Below are positions 23,995 through 36,717 of a stretch of 64,000 bases of DNA, in pieces. The position numbers were made by a program, and so were the translations under genes. Source of the stretch: Balamuthia mandrillaris (Eukaryota); assembly GCA_031835245.2 (NCBI GenBank), contig JAVKOQ020000043.1, forward strand, positions 1 through 64,000, given 5' to 3'. The notes below the pieces were generated by a model. That model ran no database searches. It saw only the letters and a program-made list of their open reading frames with translations, and was not told the DNA's origin. How positions within the stretch are numbered: position 1 is the first letter of the stretch; every line of letters starts with the position of its first letter.

Positions 23995-24840
23995 GACCCA
24001 ACAAAGGAGTGGAACAGAGGAGTGGCCCAGCAGAGGAGCATAGGAGGGCCCAGCGAAGGAGCGTAGGAGCAGCCCAGTGAAGGAACAGAAGAGTGGAGGA
24101 GTGGCCCAGCGGAGGAGTGTAGGAGTGGCCTGACAGAAGAGCAGAGGAGTAGAGGAGTTACCCAACGGAGGAGTGGCCCAGCAAAGGAGCAGCTCAGTGA
24201 AGGAACAGAGAAGTGGCCCAGCAGAGGAGCGTAGGAGTGGCCCAGTGGAGGAGTGTAGGAGTGGCCCAGCAGAGCGGAGTAGAGGTGGCCCAGTGGAGGA
24301 GTGGCCCAGTGGAGGAGTGGAGGAGTGGCCCAGCGGAGGAGTGGAGGAGTGGCCCAGCGGAGGAGTGGAGGAGTGGCCCAGCGGAGCGTAGGAGTGGCCC
24401 AGCGGAGGAGCGTAGGAGTGGCCCAGCGGAGGCGTGAGGTGGCCCAGTGGAGGAGCAGAGGAGCGGCCCAGCAGAGGAGCAGAGGAGTGACGAGTGGCCC
24501 AGTGGAGGAGCGTAGGAGAAGTGCTAAAGCAAAGAGCACAAACATCAAAGCAAGCTGACAAGAGAGCGGAGGAGTGGCCCAGCGGAGGAACAGAGGAGTG
24601 GCCCAGTGGAAGAGCATAGAAGTGGCCCAGTGGAGGAACAGAGGAGTGGCCCAGCGGAGGGGGAGGAGTGACCCAGCGGAGGAGTGGCCCAGTGGAGGAG
24701 CAGAGGAGCGGCCCAGTGGAGGAGCAGAGGAGTGGCCCAGCGGAGGAGCGGAGGAGTGGCCCAGCGGAGGAGCGTAGGAGTGGCCCAGTGGAGGAGCAGA
24801 GGAGCGGCCCAGCGGAGGAGTGGCCCAATGGAGGAGTGGT
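23995..24840. repeat. G-rich minisatellite, unit ~15-24 bp with core GAGTGGCCCAG(C/T)GGAG
   Basis: Roughly 30 variable copies. It produces the spurious WATPPLLR/GHSSAPPL ORFs. Confidence 0.95.
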
Positions 24841-24993
24841 GCTAAGTGTTTCTTCAAATATGATGTATATCACTATTTCTTGCAAAAATACAAACAAAAT
24901 GAAACAACATGAAACAAAAAGAAACAAAAGTAAGTATCACAAAAAAAAAACAAAACAAAACAAAAAAGCAGCAAACAAACAAAAACCAAAAAA

Positions 24994-25437
24994 TTACCTG
25001 AAGGTATAGCTTTCTGGCCACTGAAGCACGTCATGACAATTGTAAACACAGTACTTCAATCTAAGCCGTGTTTTCCCTGTGTTCGTCAAATACTTGACCG
25101 TAATATCAGGGGCCATCACTGCGTAGGAGCCACGTTTGAACTCTCTCTTTGTGTGATGGCCAAACACATCAAAGATCTCTTGCTCTGTACAAAGGGTACG
25201 TTCTTCCAAAGTCCCAAAAAAAGCAGCATGGAAGATAGGGTGAAGAGGAGCAGCAGCCGTCACAGGAAGCTTTTGTGGCTTGCGTTGAATAGCTCGTTTG
25301 ATTGCTGGGCCAAGTGCAGAAAAAACTATGTCTGCTACTGTTTCCCAAGGAATCACCAGTGGTGGTCGGGGTTTTGCCTCAAATTGAGGCGCTCTTATCC
25401 TCTCCTCTTCGTTCTCTTCTTTAATTCTCAGCGCCAT
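24994..25437 (-). CDS. Unknown ~147-aa protein (family shared with ~46.3-46.7 kb)
   Basis: Non-repetitive open frame MALRIKEE...QKLPVT...HAAFFG...REFKRGSYAVM...YCVYNCHDVLQWPESYTFR, colinear with the 46.5-kb ORF. The 3' end may continue through a GTAA donor. Confidence 0.6.
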   Translation of the reverse strand: MALRIKEENEEERIRAPQFEAKPRPPLVIPWETVADIVFSALGPAIKRAIQRKPQKLPVTAAAPLHPIFHAAFFGTLEERTLCTEQEIFDVFGHHTKREFKRGSYAVMAPDITVKYLTNTGKTRLRLKYCVYNCHDVLQWPESYTFR

Positions 25438-25590
25438 AATCCTCAAAAGTAATCTGTGGTTCTTGCTCTCTGGCTGCCCAAAACAAATAAACAAAAATAA
25501 AAAAAAAGTCGACAAAATGCAAATCCCAAAAAAGCTGTTGCTCGGGGCAACAGCTCGGAGTGTCAAGTTTATATGAAGGCAAACTAGTAA

Positions 25591-26760
25591 TTATTCTGGT
25601 GAAAGATAGGAAATCACAGACAAAGGGGTCAACTTTTGGGCAGCTGAGCCACCGTCCCCATCTTCAGCCGAACTGCTTTCCTCCTCACTGCTGGACTCTT
25701 CTCCGTCCTCATCGCTGTCTTCAGGTTGAGCCACAACGCAACGGCCGGAAGAGGCATCGCTGGAGATGGGAATATATCCTTGTGGGCATTCCTCACACAC
25801 CTCTGCCTCGTCGGAAGGACACTCTCCACATTTCTGGAAGGTCATGTCGAGATCGTACAGCTCCATTTGGCTGTTGTCGCATGCCACTGTACGTTTAAAA
25901 ACAAACAAACACATGAACAAAAGGCGTACTCATCATGCCACAAGACAAACAACCAACCAACCAACCAACAAAAATAAAAAATAAAAACAAGGGGAGATGC
26001 TGCACCTTGGATAGAAACAGAACCCATGTTATCCTCGTTGCCCTTCTCTTGGAACGTTTGACAATCATCAGAGGAATCAGACACAGGAACCACGGCGAAG
26101 GAAATTTGCAAAGATGGGTTTCCTCGCGGCTCCAAGGTCTCTTCATCCTCTCCGTCGATCGTCTCTCGTACAAAGCTCAACACCAAGACAACTTGATTCG
26201 CTTGCTCCGGCTCGAGTAACATACTGAAGAAGCAGGCTGCGATGGAGCAGTTGGAAGCTTGCGAACACATGGAGGAAGGAACGTAGGCGGACTGCGTGCC
26301 CTTGCGAATGTAAAGCCCTGCTTCGTTCGTCTCCCTCATGAAGTGGTCACAGACAATACCAGTTACAGGTTGCCCTGGCCAGGCTATCGAAGAAAGGAAG
26401 GTGTTGGCAGGATGCTTCCAGAACACGGCCATGTCCGTAATAGAGCCTCTACAGGTTTTATACTGACCACTTTCATACTTTGGTCTTCAAAGTTAGCGAA
26501 CATACCCCCAAAATAATGAGGAGAAGAAAAGAGAAGAGAGAAGAAAAAAGAGAAAAGAGAAACAAGAAACAAAAGAAGAGAAAAGCAAGAGAGAGAGAGA
26601 GAGAGAGAGAGAACTCTAACAAATAAAAAAAAACTCCGGAAACAGGAACACAAAAATAGCTTACCTCCTCCATGCAGGAACAATCAGGTTCTGCTGTAAT
26701 GTTGTTGGTGACCGCAAATTCCACGTCGAATCTAGTTTCGTCCCTCATCAGCAACGGCGG
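25591..26760 (-). pseudogene. Multi-exon Cys-containing protein with an acidic Ser-rich linker (surface-protein-like), disrupted
   Basis: Exon-like segments with GT/AG borders. A Cys-rich segment (CGECPSDEAEVCEECPQGY) and an acidic S/E linker are followed by a premature stop in a hydrophobic tail. Frame switch near 26440. Confidence 0.4.
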
Positions 26761-27249
26761 AACTGGGTTTGCAAAGCGGACAAGACGAGGCGTTAAACGC
26801 GATTATTATTTGTTTTTTTTTTTTTTTGTTTGTGGAAAAAAAAGAGCGTACCAGCCAAAACGGTAACAGAGAGAGCGACAATGATGTTTCCCATTGTTTG
26901 TTTGTTTGTTTGTTTTTTTTTTTTTAAACTGTCTGTTTTTTTTTTTTTTTTTTTTGCAGGTAGTAAACTTTTCCAGGGGCGGTTTTATTGTTTGTGTGGT
27001 TTGTTGTTTTATGTTTACGAAAGAAGAGACGCGAGGTTTTTTCGACTTTTCTGTTGGCGCGTAATTGCAGTATAATTGGCAGAGATAAATAACCACGTTC
27101 TCCCAAAAAAAACCACGTGTCAGTTCGTGATGGTGTCCCGGTGCGGAGTGTTGATCCATCCAATAGATCAACACGATAATAAAACTGTGGGAAAGGAGAA
27201 GAGAACAAGAAGAACAAGAAGAACAAGAAGAACAAGAACAAGAAGGACT

Positions 27250-28800
27250 TTATGGGGAGCACCAGAGTATTGGCATGGGGGGCTTTGCTCTTGTGGGCTG
27301 CTTTGGATAGCCTCCGCGCGAGTCCGCCTTTGATGTTCCTCTCTGACCCACACAGCACTACCACCAACGATTCCAAGGTTATCAGCATCACTGAGGTCTT
27401 CTTCCTCTTCTTCGTCGTCATCACATCTCCTCCCCCGTCTGGTCGCTCTGGCGTCCTCTTCCTCCTCCTCTGATGCATCGGAGTAATACAGAGGCACAAA
27501 GTCTTACATTCGTTTTTCGGCCACAGCCCAGATGACTTCGGGAAGCACTTCATCCTTCTCTCTAAGCCAGCCCCTGTAGGCGCAACGACAATCCAAATTT
27601 TCAGCCTCTTCTAACACCATCTCTCCCCACCTTGTGCGAGCCTCCGCTTCATCGTAGTGCTGGTAGAATCTGTCTCGAGGCTTGAGGGACCGCGTTGCCA
27701 AACGTAGCTGATAGTCCAGCCACCAAATGCCTGCTTCACTTTCTGTTTCTGCCACTTCCTCCGCGTACCCTAACTCCAGCAGCTGTTCCTTCAAAGGAGG
27801 TTCGCTGTGGTGATCCTCCGTGAATTCGTCGTGGTAAGCCGGCAGCAGAAGCAGTTTCATCAAGCTGTGGTCCGATATAGAAGCGATGGCATCGTTGGAG
27901 GTAGCCACCAGGTCCATCAACAGCAGCCACACCCTCAAACGACGAACCGTTGTGGGAGAGAAGTTGTTCGCCTTGATCTTTTGCACATCCGCCCAGCAAC
28001 TCTGGTCGATATCCTCGTTTTCCGTGGAAGGCAGATCTACGAAACAGTTGCTGCAGAGTTTCTCTCCTTGAAACGCACCCTCTTGCGGCCAGCATTGACC
28101 TTTGCCAAAACTTCTTGATGAATCCGGTCCCCTGGATAGCGTTGCAGAGGAGGAGATCCTGCAACAGCCTTCTTCCTGGATAGCGGGCCAAAGTCGGACA
28201 TCTTGAACTCGCAGTGCAAGTAGAACTCGCAACAGTTCATACGCCCACGATAGTGGTAGCCGGTCCACATGCCCAAAACTCGAGGAATGGCAAAAGGAGA
28301 GAACAGGATGGCTTGCACGTCGTAGTTGCGCAGTTCAAGTCCGCCGTCATGCTCAACCCCCTCCACAGTGAAGTAGAGAGAGGACTTCCACGCCGCTTTT
28401 GAGGCCTCGCTTGGAAGCGTTTCCAATATTGCTTCCAGCCGCTCCTCAAAGACAGAATAAACGTTCGTTGAGACCATTCGTCCTCGTCGTCGTCGTCGTC
28501 ATCGTCTTCGTCTTCGTCCCGCATTCGTGGCTGCTCATACTTTAAGCGTTCCTTATGCAAGCGACTTCTAGCCTCGTAGTACTGTTTCCACTGGTATTCT
28601 GTGCTGCGATTAGCCCTTGGCAGCCGCTGACCACGAGCTCGGCAACTCCACCAGCCCAAACTCCTACGCAGCGCTGTCGCCAGTTCCTTGTGGTGTGTTG
28701 ACTGGAGCTAGCCCCCGCCCCGCTTGAGGTCCTCCGCCCTCCTGCTGCGGAAGCGGTCCCACGCCTTGGCTGTTGCTGCAATAGAAATCCCCTGTTCATC
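27250..28800 (-). pseudogene. Unknown-function gene broken into 3-4 frames
   Basis: GC-rich coding-like ORFs 28237-28659, 28037-28477, 27504-28268 and 27168-27497 hand over through frameshifts and a stop at 27504. Paralog fragment at the window start. Confidence 0.5.
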
Positions 28801-29018
28801 TTCGGCTACTTGCTCTACTACCTACCTCGTTTCGCTACCAAAAGCAAAGCGAAGAAAAAAAGAGGGGCGTAGCGGCCGCTGCTACCCAGTTTCGTGTTTG
28901 TGCCAAACCGACAAATTTGTGAAGAACAAAAGAAGGTAATTCTCTTTTCCATTTTTTTTGTTTTTTTTGTTGTTTTTTTTGTTTTAAACAGCGACGATGC
29001 AGAGAGAAAAAAGAGTAA

Positions 29019-30568
29019 CTAGCTAGTCGTGCTGTTGTGGTGACCTCCTCCCAAATGAAGCTTCATGGGTTGCATCCGATCATCCACATGATCATCGCTA
29101 TCTCTATGCGAGGGGAGTTGCCGTTGGGGGTACAGGTGTTGTTGCTGTTGCTGATCAAACTGAAGGTCCTCCACGACCTCCTCAAACCGTCCCGCCGCAG
29201 AAGGCGCTGCGGACAAAGGTGGCTTGCTATCACAAGGTTCCACGAATGTGGAAGGTATCATGCCGATGCGTCCGTTCAATTCAGCCTCCCACCAGTCCCC
29301 TCCATCCGTTCGGTGCACCTTCAACACATCTCCCGTGCGGAAAGGCAGATCCTCCGGCAACTGCGCCTGAAAGTCTGCCTTCGCTTGCACCATCATCAAT
29401 CCACCTCCAAAAGCATCCTCTGCTTCTTTCATCTTTGCTTCTGCTCCTTCCAATGTGTTCGCGTTGTTCTTCTTAAGAAGGACAGAGGTGAGAGCTTTCC
29501 ATAGTTTGTTGATGATGACAGGACCGCTCAATGCGGCCACTATCAAGAAAAAGACAGGCCATGTTGATGAGTTTTTTGGAGCGTGAGGGTGATGAGGAGA
29601 GGGGAGATTGTTGTTTTGAAAGTTGTCAAAAGCCTTGAGATCTAATGCTGTTGTAGAAGAGGGAGGAAGACCGAGGAGACGTCGGCTAAGTCCACTAACT
29701 CGAGAGAAGAAGCTTTGAAGGAGTTTGAAGAGAGTAAAAGTCTGGAAGAGGAAAAAGAATTCTCGGCGCAGCTGAGCAAAGCTCTCAAAAAGGTGCAAGA
29801 CAGAGGAGAAGGAGCCGTAGAGGGCCTCACAGTTCATGTCCAGAAGTTCAGAGAAGCGGCCAAAGGTGTCCACAAAGCGGCCCAACGTGTCCATCCATGT
29901 CACCATTCCTCCGTTTGGACCCATCATTTGTTGTTGATCTGCGCCCATGGGACCGCCTCGCATGCCACCGTAGCGAGAGCCATACATGCCTCCATAACTG
30001 GAGCCATACCCTCCATAGCCGCCGTAGCGAGAGCCATAGCGAGAGCCGTACATACCGCCGCCGTAGCTGCTGCCATAGCGGGAACCATAGCGAGAGCCGT
30101 ACATACCACCACCGTAACTGCTGCCGTAACCGCCATAGCTGCTGCCGTAGCCGCCGTAGGAACTGCCGTAGGAGCTGCCATAACCGCCTGCTCCGTAGCC
30201 ACCGCCGTAGGAGCTCGTGCCGTAGGTACTGCCGTACCCACCTGTTAAAGAATAACATTCATTCATTGGGGAGAATCAAAGTTAGCTTTGCCATTTAAGA
30301 AGATGAAAAACCAAAAACAAACAGAAGAGGAGAACAAGAAAAGAACCCAACCTGTGCGAGGCGGAAGAGAAGGAGAAGAAGAAAAACTGGCGGAGGCGCT
30401 GGTGGAAGGCAGGACGGAGCTAAGAGAGGAGGTGAGACCTCCAGCGCCAGCGACATCCCTGGAAGCCCTTGCCCGCTCAAACTCGTTCATTCTCTGTGCG
30501 CTGCTCGACGACGTCCCTTTCCTCAATTCATGGGGCTTTGGTGGCGACACATTTCGAGTAGTGGCCAT
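29019..30568 (-). CDS. PEX13: Peroxin-13 (peroxisomal docking protein)
   Basis: N-terminal SPPKPHE, a long Gly/Tyr-rich region, a central FGRFSELLDMNCEALYGSFSSV..FAQLR segment, a hydrophobic WPVFFLIVAALSGP segment and a C-terminal SH3 (AKADF..EDLPFRTGD..DWWEAELNGRIGMIPSTFV). One intron at ~30242-30352. Confidence 0.93.
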
Positions 30569-30831
30569 CTTTCCCTTTGTCTCTCCCCTTTTTTTCTTTT
30601 TTCTTCTCGACGTTTTCCCCCTCCTTAAAATTTTATCCAAAAACGACACTTGATGACCCCTCATAATCCACCTCGGATAAATGGATAAATTCAATTAGGT
30701 GTGAATTTACCAAAAAAAGGTTGCATGGCTGAAATTTTGCCGACACGGTGACGTGGCCACTCGCGCTCATCAACGCCACAGCAAGAGATTAATAGAGGCC
30801 GACCGAGCCACGCGCTCCGTTTGTCCTCCTG

Positions 30832-31155
30832 TTAATGTCTGTGTCGGTGTTTCTCCTTCCCTTCCTTTTCTCCTTTCTGTCGTCTGCTTTTTTCTGGGGA
30901 GCGAGATGTTCTTCGTCTGCGTCGCCGATGGTGGTGATGGCCATCCTCATCGCTGCTGGCGTCTGAGTCACTGCCACTGCTGCTGTCTCGGTGTCGTCGC
31001 TTCCCTTTTCTCTCTTTCTTCTTTTCTTTCTTATGCTTCCGCTTCCGTCTTTCTTTTTTCTCCCTTCTTTTTGCCTTCTCCTGTTCCAATATTTCCTTTA
31101 GCTCTAGTATCCTTTTTCATCATGGATGCGAGTGAGAACATAGAAATGAGTGAAT

Positions 31156-31191
<36 letters not shown>

Positions 31192-31503
31192 GAGATGAGC
31201 CCCAAACCTTGATTCCTTGTAGCTTTGTTCCTGTTGGCTCTGTTCGGCCAGATACTGTGCCATTGGATCCTATTGAAAGAGGCAAATATAATGTAACGCT
31301 AGCCAAAAGAGAGATAGCATAGAATAGAAAACACGAGCGCCGAACGGCAAGGTTAGGTTAATAGTTAACGGACACTGTACCAGACGTGCTTGTCGCTCTG
31401 CTTCTGCTACTGGATTTCCAGAGTTTCGCAAAGGGCACTCTCTGTCACCAGTTCTGTGTCCATAGGACTAGACATGATTTCATTGGCTCAGTTACAGAGA
31501 GAG

Positions 31504-31549
<46 letters not shown>

Positions 31550-32330
31550 ATCATACTTTACAACGCCAGCATTGCATCACTTTGACTTCTCTGTAAGCAA
31601 CAAACCAATGGGTGAGATATACGTGACATTGACAACGAGAGCGGGCAAACTCACTTTCCCAATGGCATCCTGTAGGCAGGGTGTCAGCTCAAGAAGAAGG
31701 AAAGAAGAAAGGAAGGAAGGACAAGAAGGAAAGAAAGAAAGTAAGAAAGAAACGACAAGAAAGAGGAAAGAAGAGGACAAAACAATAACAGCGTCAGAAC
31801 AAGCGAGCAACAACCCATATGAAGCAGTCAAAAAACAAAACAAGAAGAAAAGAGAGTTGAACATCCAACGTACCACAAGCCCTTCGTGGGAGCTTTAGCT
31901 AAGAACTCGCGAGCAGCACGGTTTTCCGGTTTATCTGGAATGCTATCTTCCGGTCGTTCTTCTTCTTCCTCTTTGATCAGTCCCGGAGGAGCTTCATATC
32001 TTTCATTCATCACCAGCAACATTTTTTGTAGAAAGTGGTGAGCAAGTCTTACCAAACCAAACCACAACACGCAAAAAGAAAGAGAGGTACCACTCACAAA
32101 ATATCTACGCGTCCAGACTCTCTAACAAACGCGCCTCCCTCCGCAGCAGCGGTTTTGGAGGAGGCCCGCCCTTCCTCCGCTGTGGAGCTCCTCCCCCTCT
32201 GCTCCCTCCCTTCCCCCTCCCGTCCCTGCGACGATGACTTGCGTCGACCCATTTTGATCTGTGACCTTGCCCCAACCTTGTTGCCTTCTTCTTTCCGTCT
32301 CTCGCTTCTTTCTTGAATGACGTCAGCAGC
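30832..32330 (-). CDS. RP9: RP9/PAP-1-like Zn-knuckle splicing-associated protein
   Basis: Small exons join to YEAPPGLIKEE..PEDSIPDKPENRAAREFLAKAPTKGLWMPLGKEVKVMQCWRCKSYGHRTGDRECP, followed by a Lys/Arg/Ser-rich tail. Start codon uncertain. Confidence 0.88.
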
Positions 32331-32693
32331 ACCTGCAAAGGAAAATTTATCTTTTTTTGGTTATGGTGGAATCAAGAAGAGCACAAATGGAGCAGAGATT
32401 GTGTATTGTTTGAGCAGTTTCTGTGCGCAGCAGGATCAAAAGAGGAGAAGAAAGGAGAGAGGAGAAAGGAAGAGAGAACTTTAGGGTTTCATAATTGTGG
32501 GGTTACTTGCTCATAACACTGTTTTTTTTGGTTGGCCTGTTACGGTTATTGGATAGCGCTGTTCTTCAATTTTGTTGTTTTTAGCCGAACGAAAAAAACA
32601 AGAATCAACAAAAGACCTGCTTTCTTTTTGTGCGTGCGTGCGTTTGTTTTTTTTTAATACAAGCAGTTCAGATTAAGAGAGAGGGAGACAGAG

Positions 32694-33144
32694 ATGACGA
32701 GCGGGCAACGCAGGAAAGAAAAAGATTGGCGGGAGGATTTGGCCCCCAAACGCCGTTTGGAGGTGTCCCAACTGGACGAGTCCGTCTGGCTGCCGCCAGC
32801 TGCTACCAACCCCTTTGATAACAACACCTCCCAGCTCACCTACTATGAAATATTCAAGGTTTGTACTCCTCTCTCATCGCCTCTGCTTCCTTCCGATCAT
32901 GAAACGTTTTTTTTTAAAACAAACATTGCGATAACAGTTGGCAACGTTTGGCTTGGTGGTCGCGCCGCTGCGGTTTTTGATCGCTTTGGTAACTTTGGTG
33001 TTGGCCACGCTGCTGGCCAAGATCGCGTTGGTGGGGTTGAGCCAAGAGGAGCTCTACGCCAAACCTCTTACTCCTTGGAGGAAGCGCTTCATCGACTCTT
33101 ATTAGTACTGCTTCTCTTGCCCTGTCCTCTGTTCTACGCTTCTG

Positions 33145-33188
<44 letters not shown>

Positions 33189-34992
33189 TTTTCTCTCTGC
33201 TTCTCCTCTCTCTCTCCCTCTCTCATTCTGATCACTTCTCTGCTTTGTCATTTGAGCTGTACACTAAAGTAACAAATTATGAACAAAAGCTATCTTGGAC
33301 GTTTCATGTTGCTGGTGCTTGGTTTTTGGTGGATTAACGTGAAAGGCAAACCTGACCCAAAGGCGAAGATCGTTGTTAGCAACCACGTTTCATTCGCGGA
33401 CATCCCATTCTACGTCTATTACCTGCGCCCTGCTCCTTTAAGCCGTATCGAAAACGCCAGCATTCCTATCATTAAGGTTTTTTCTTACCCTTATTCTGCG
33501 TGTTTTGGTTTTTCTTTATATTTGCCCTTTTTGTTTTGTTTTTGTTCTTTTGTGATGAGAACATGGCACTGGCTGAAAGATAACACTTTCATGTGGATAT
33601 CACAGTGAATTCCTCGTTTCTGAGTTGGATGTGTTCTTCTTCTCTGTCTTCTCTTTTTGTTTATTTGTATTTAAAAAAAACAAAAAAAAATACAGGAATT
33701 GCATTATGGCCTGCAGGCTATTCTTGTCTCACGAGATGAGGAAGCTTCTCGTCAAAATGCCAAAAAGACTATCAAAGAGCGTTCCATCCAGCCTTCATGG
33801 CCGCCCACTTTAATCTTCCCCGAAGGAACTACTAGCAACGGCAAATCGCTCATCACCTTCAAGCCTGGCGCCTTCATTCCTGGGGAGCCCGTTCAACCCG
33901 TGGTCTTGAGATTCCCTCACGTTCATTTGGACCTGTGTTGGGTGAATGGCTCGCCCAGCCCTCTCATGCTCGTTTGGCGCATTCTCTCTCAGCCTGTTAT
34001 TCATTTAGAAGTACAGTTTTTGCCGACGCACTACCCCTCCCAAGAGGAGAAACAGGATGCTATGCTATTTGCTGAGAATGTTAGGTATGCTTCTTCTTCC
34101 CTTCCTAGACAACCACAACCTGACTCATTGTATGATAATGATACAGACACAGAATGGCATCAGCTTTGAATGTGCCAGTCACTTCTCATTCTTTCGCGGA
34201 CGTAAAGTTGGGATTGAAGGCTGCTAACTATGGCTTTCCTGGCCAACTTACTTCCACTGTTGAAGTAGATACCGTTCAGTGCGTTTATGCTTTTCTCTTC
34301 GTGCTTTTGCCTTTTTACACTCATCTCGTTTCCTCTCGAAATAGAAAACGTTTGGGTTTAAGCTTTGATGAGATGTTGGCACTAGTGGCCAAGTTTATGG
34401 TGATCAATAAAAGCAAAGATGGCGAAATCAAGCTCGAAGGTAAATAAGCCTCCTTTATTCGTTAAGTGAACTTTTATAAAGAAAAACTAATATTCTATTC
34501 TCCAGAATTTGTTGATCAGTTCAGAGACATGAATGTTAATGAAAATTCTATCAACCAATTCTTCCAGGTACGTTCTTTCCTTGAATTTCCTCTGTGTATC
34601 TTGCCAGTTGTTGCCTTGTTGCTTTCAACTTAATGTTCTCCTTCCTGCCCTCCAATTTTTTCTTACCTGACGCAAACAGGCGTTGGACTTGGACAACTCT
34701 GGAGCAATCGACTACAGAGAGTTTTTGGTAGGCAGCGTCGCCATTGGCAACATTTTGAGCGGCAAGTCCGTTTGCCCACAACCGTTCACCAAGTACTTTT
34801 TTCTTTTTTCTTTCTATTTATCTTTCTGCTATATTTTGTTAGATAAGTAACCGGATTTCTCCTCTTCTTTCGAACAAAAGACTTTTTGAGAACAAGTCCT
34901 TTGTTGCTTTTTGGCAAAAGGATCACAAGAAAGAGGCCGACGAAGAGATTCAACGGCGTCAACAAGAACGCAAAAAAGCCAAATCCGAGTAA
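32694..34992 (+). CDS. Lysophospholipid acyltransferase (LPCAT1/2-like) with C-terminal EF-hands
   Basis: N-terminal TM helix, NHVSFAD (HxxxxD), IFPEGTTSNG..FKPGAF..PVQPV, and EF-hand-like NKSKDGEIKLE and DLDNSGAIDYREF. Multi-exon. Confidence 0.9.
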
Positions 34993-35059
34993 ACCTGTTT
35001 TTTCATTCTTCTTTTGTTTTACATTCAATACGTTTTTATTGTGTTCTTTCCGAAGCTTC

Positions 35060-35639
35060 TCACTCTTCTGCCATCGCAGTTGAGACTTGTGATTGATCCG
35101 CAAGACCGGACAATTGTTTCTCTATTTTATCTCTGCTTTTCTTTTGCCGCATGTTCCTTACTATGACCGCAGCCACAGTTCCAACAACAACCACCAACAT
35201 AACAACAGGCACCACGACAGCAACAGCAATGATGACTGCTTTGTCGCTGTCATCGTCCTCTTTTTGTCCTTCGTCTGTTACCCCATCTTCGGTTGTGCCA
35301 TCTTCTCCATCTTCTCCATCATCTCCTCCTGGAAACAACAATGAAATATCTTTTTTTTTTTCAGAAACAAGTCAGAAGAGAGATACAGCCAAGCAAACAA
35401 ACAAAGGAACAATATTACCAGGATCATACAGCACTTCACGACCACCGATCATTACAACATCAAACTCAAACTCAGAGGCGTGCGGTTCTGAAAGGGATTT
35501 GTCCCAGTTCTCAATGCTAGCATCCATAATCTCAAATCCCCACAATTCCTCTGGCTGGTGCACCAGCGAAGCTGTTGGTGGTTCGTTCACAGAGAATGCC
35601 GCCTTTCACCACTTGTTATTCATTGTTGTGTAACGCAAA

Positions 35640-35687
<48 letters not shown>

Positions 35688-36717
35688 CTGTCCTACACGA
35701 ACTTGAAAGTTTTGAATGGTGTTGATGTATGTTATGAGTTTATCATCACCAACGGTGGAAAGGTCAGGCACGACCGGGTTATAGTACCACAGGTACGGAG
35801 AGGGAATTATCAGCGATGACACTCCCATCTATAAAGCGTGTTTTGCAAAAACGTGTTAGAAACACCTCTCTTCCAAAGAAAGAAGCAAGAGGCAACGCAC
35901 AAAAGTTCGAACGTTGAATTCAGTAAAGACTCCATCCGTTCCATCAAAAAAGTGTTCATCAGGAGACAAAACGTGGGACGTAAAGTTGGAAAAGACCAAC
36001 GAGAATTTAGCCGAGCTAGCTGGAATGTGCAACACTTTTTCTGTTCCTTTGCCGTTCCTGCAAGTTTTGTTGTCGCTCTGTTAGCTTCTTTCTATTCTCT
36101 CTTCTCACTCTCGAACTTACATGAATGTACGATTCTCTGCATGTTGAATGCCTTCTAGGATAAACTCAGAGACAGCAAAAGGCCCACCCAACCCGTTCCA
36201 TCTCAAGCGGAGATAGTTCTCTCGACTTTCCATTATCTCATAGTTTTGAGGGTCCGTCAAGTTGAAGAAGAATGGTTCAACTCCACTGCAACCAGTTAAC
36301 AACGCTGAAGAGAAAAAAAAGCAGTGAACAAGAGAGCAAGCAAAGAGAAGAGGAAAGGTGCAAGCGTTACATCGACCGTCAACTCCGGTGCATTTCCGCT
36401 CCTTAAGGTAGCCCAGAGAAAAGTAAAACCAATAATCCTCCAACACTTCGCCTGAAGGCAAAGCTGGGAAGACGAACATGGAAGGACCCGAGTTGTTTAC
36501 AACTCGAACGTGCAACCCTGAGACTGGATATAGATTATAAATTATGCCACTCATTGTTGTAACAACAAAAGAGAAGGGAGAAAAATAGGAACAAACGTTT
36601 AAACACTGTAAGAGCCTCGTCCTCAGAGATCGGTGTAAGTTCAGCATAGGCAGAACACAGGAGAACGCTCCACAGCGAGAAAAACAGTGCCAAGGTGAGG
36701 GGGTTACAGGATGCCAT
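35060..36717 (-). CDS. Type I single-pass membrane protein, unknown function
   Basis: Signal peptide MASCNPLTLALFFSLWSVLLCSAYA, a multi-exon ectodomain, an acidic linker, TM VIIAVAVVVPVVMLVVVVGTVAAVIV and a short basic tail. Confidence 0.75.

Noticed and set aside
23995..24840. CRISPR-like array or 310-aa repeat proteins
   Set aside because: Units are adjacent with no unique spacers, there are no cas genes, and the context is eukaryotic. The ORFs are open only because the repeat lacks stops.
20191..25600. RSS-like heptamer/nonamer TIRs around the RAG1-like gene
   Set aside because: I found no CACAGTG/CACWRTG-initiated inverted pair or 5-bp TSD by eye.
24994..26760. RAG2-like gene convergent with the RAG1-like gene
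   Set aside because: Neither minus-strand gene shows kelch repeats or a PHD finger. The acidic and Cys-rich part of 25591-25920 looks more like a surface-protein stalk.
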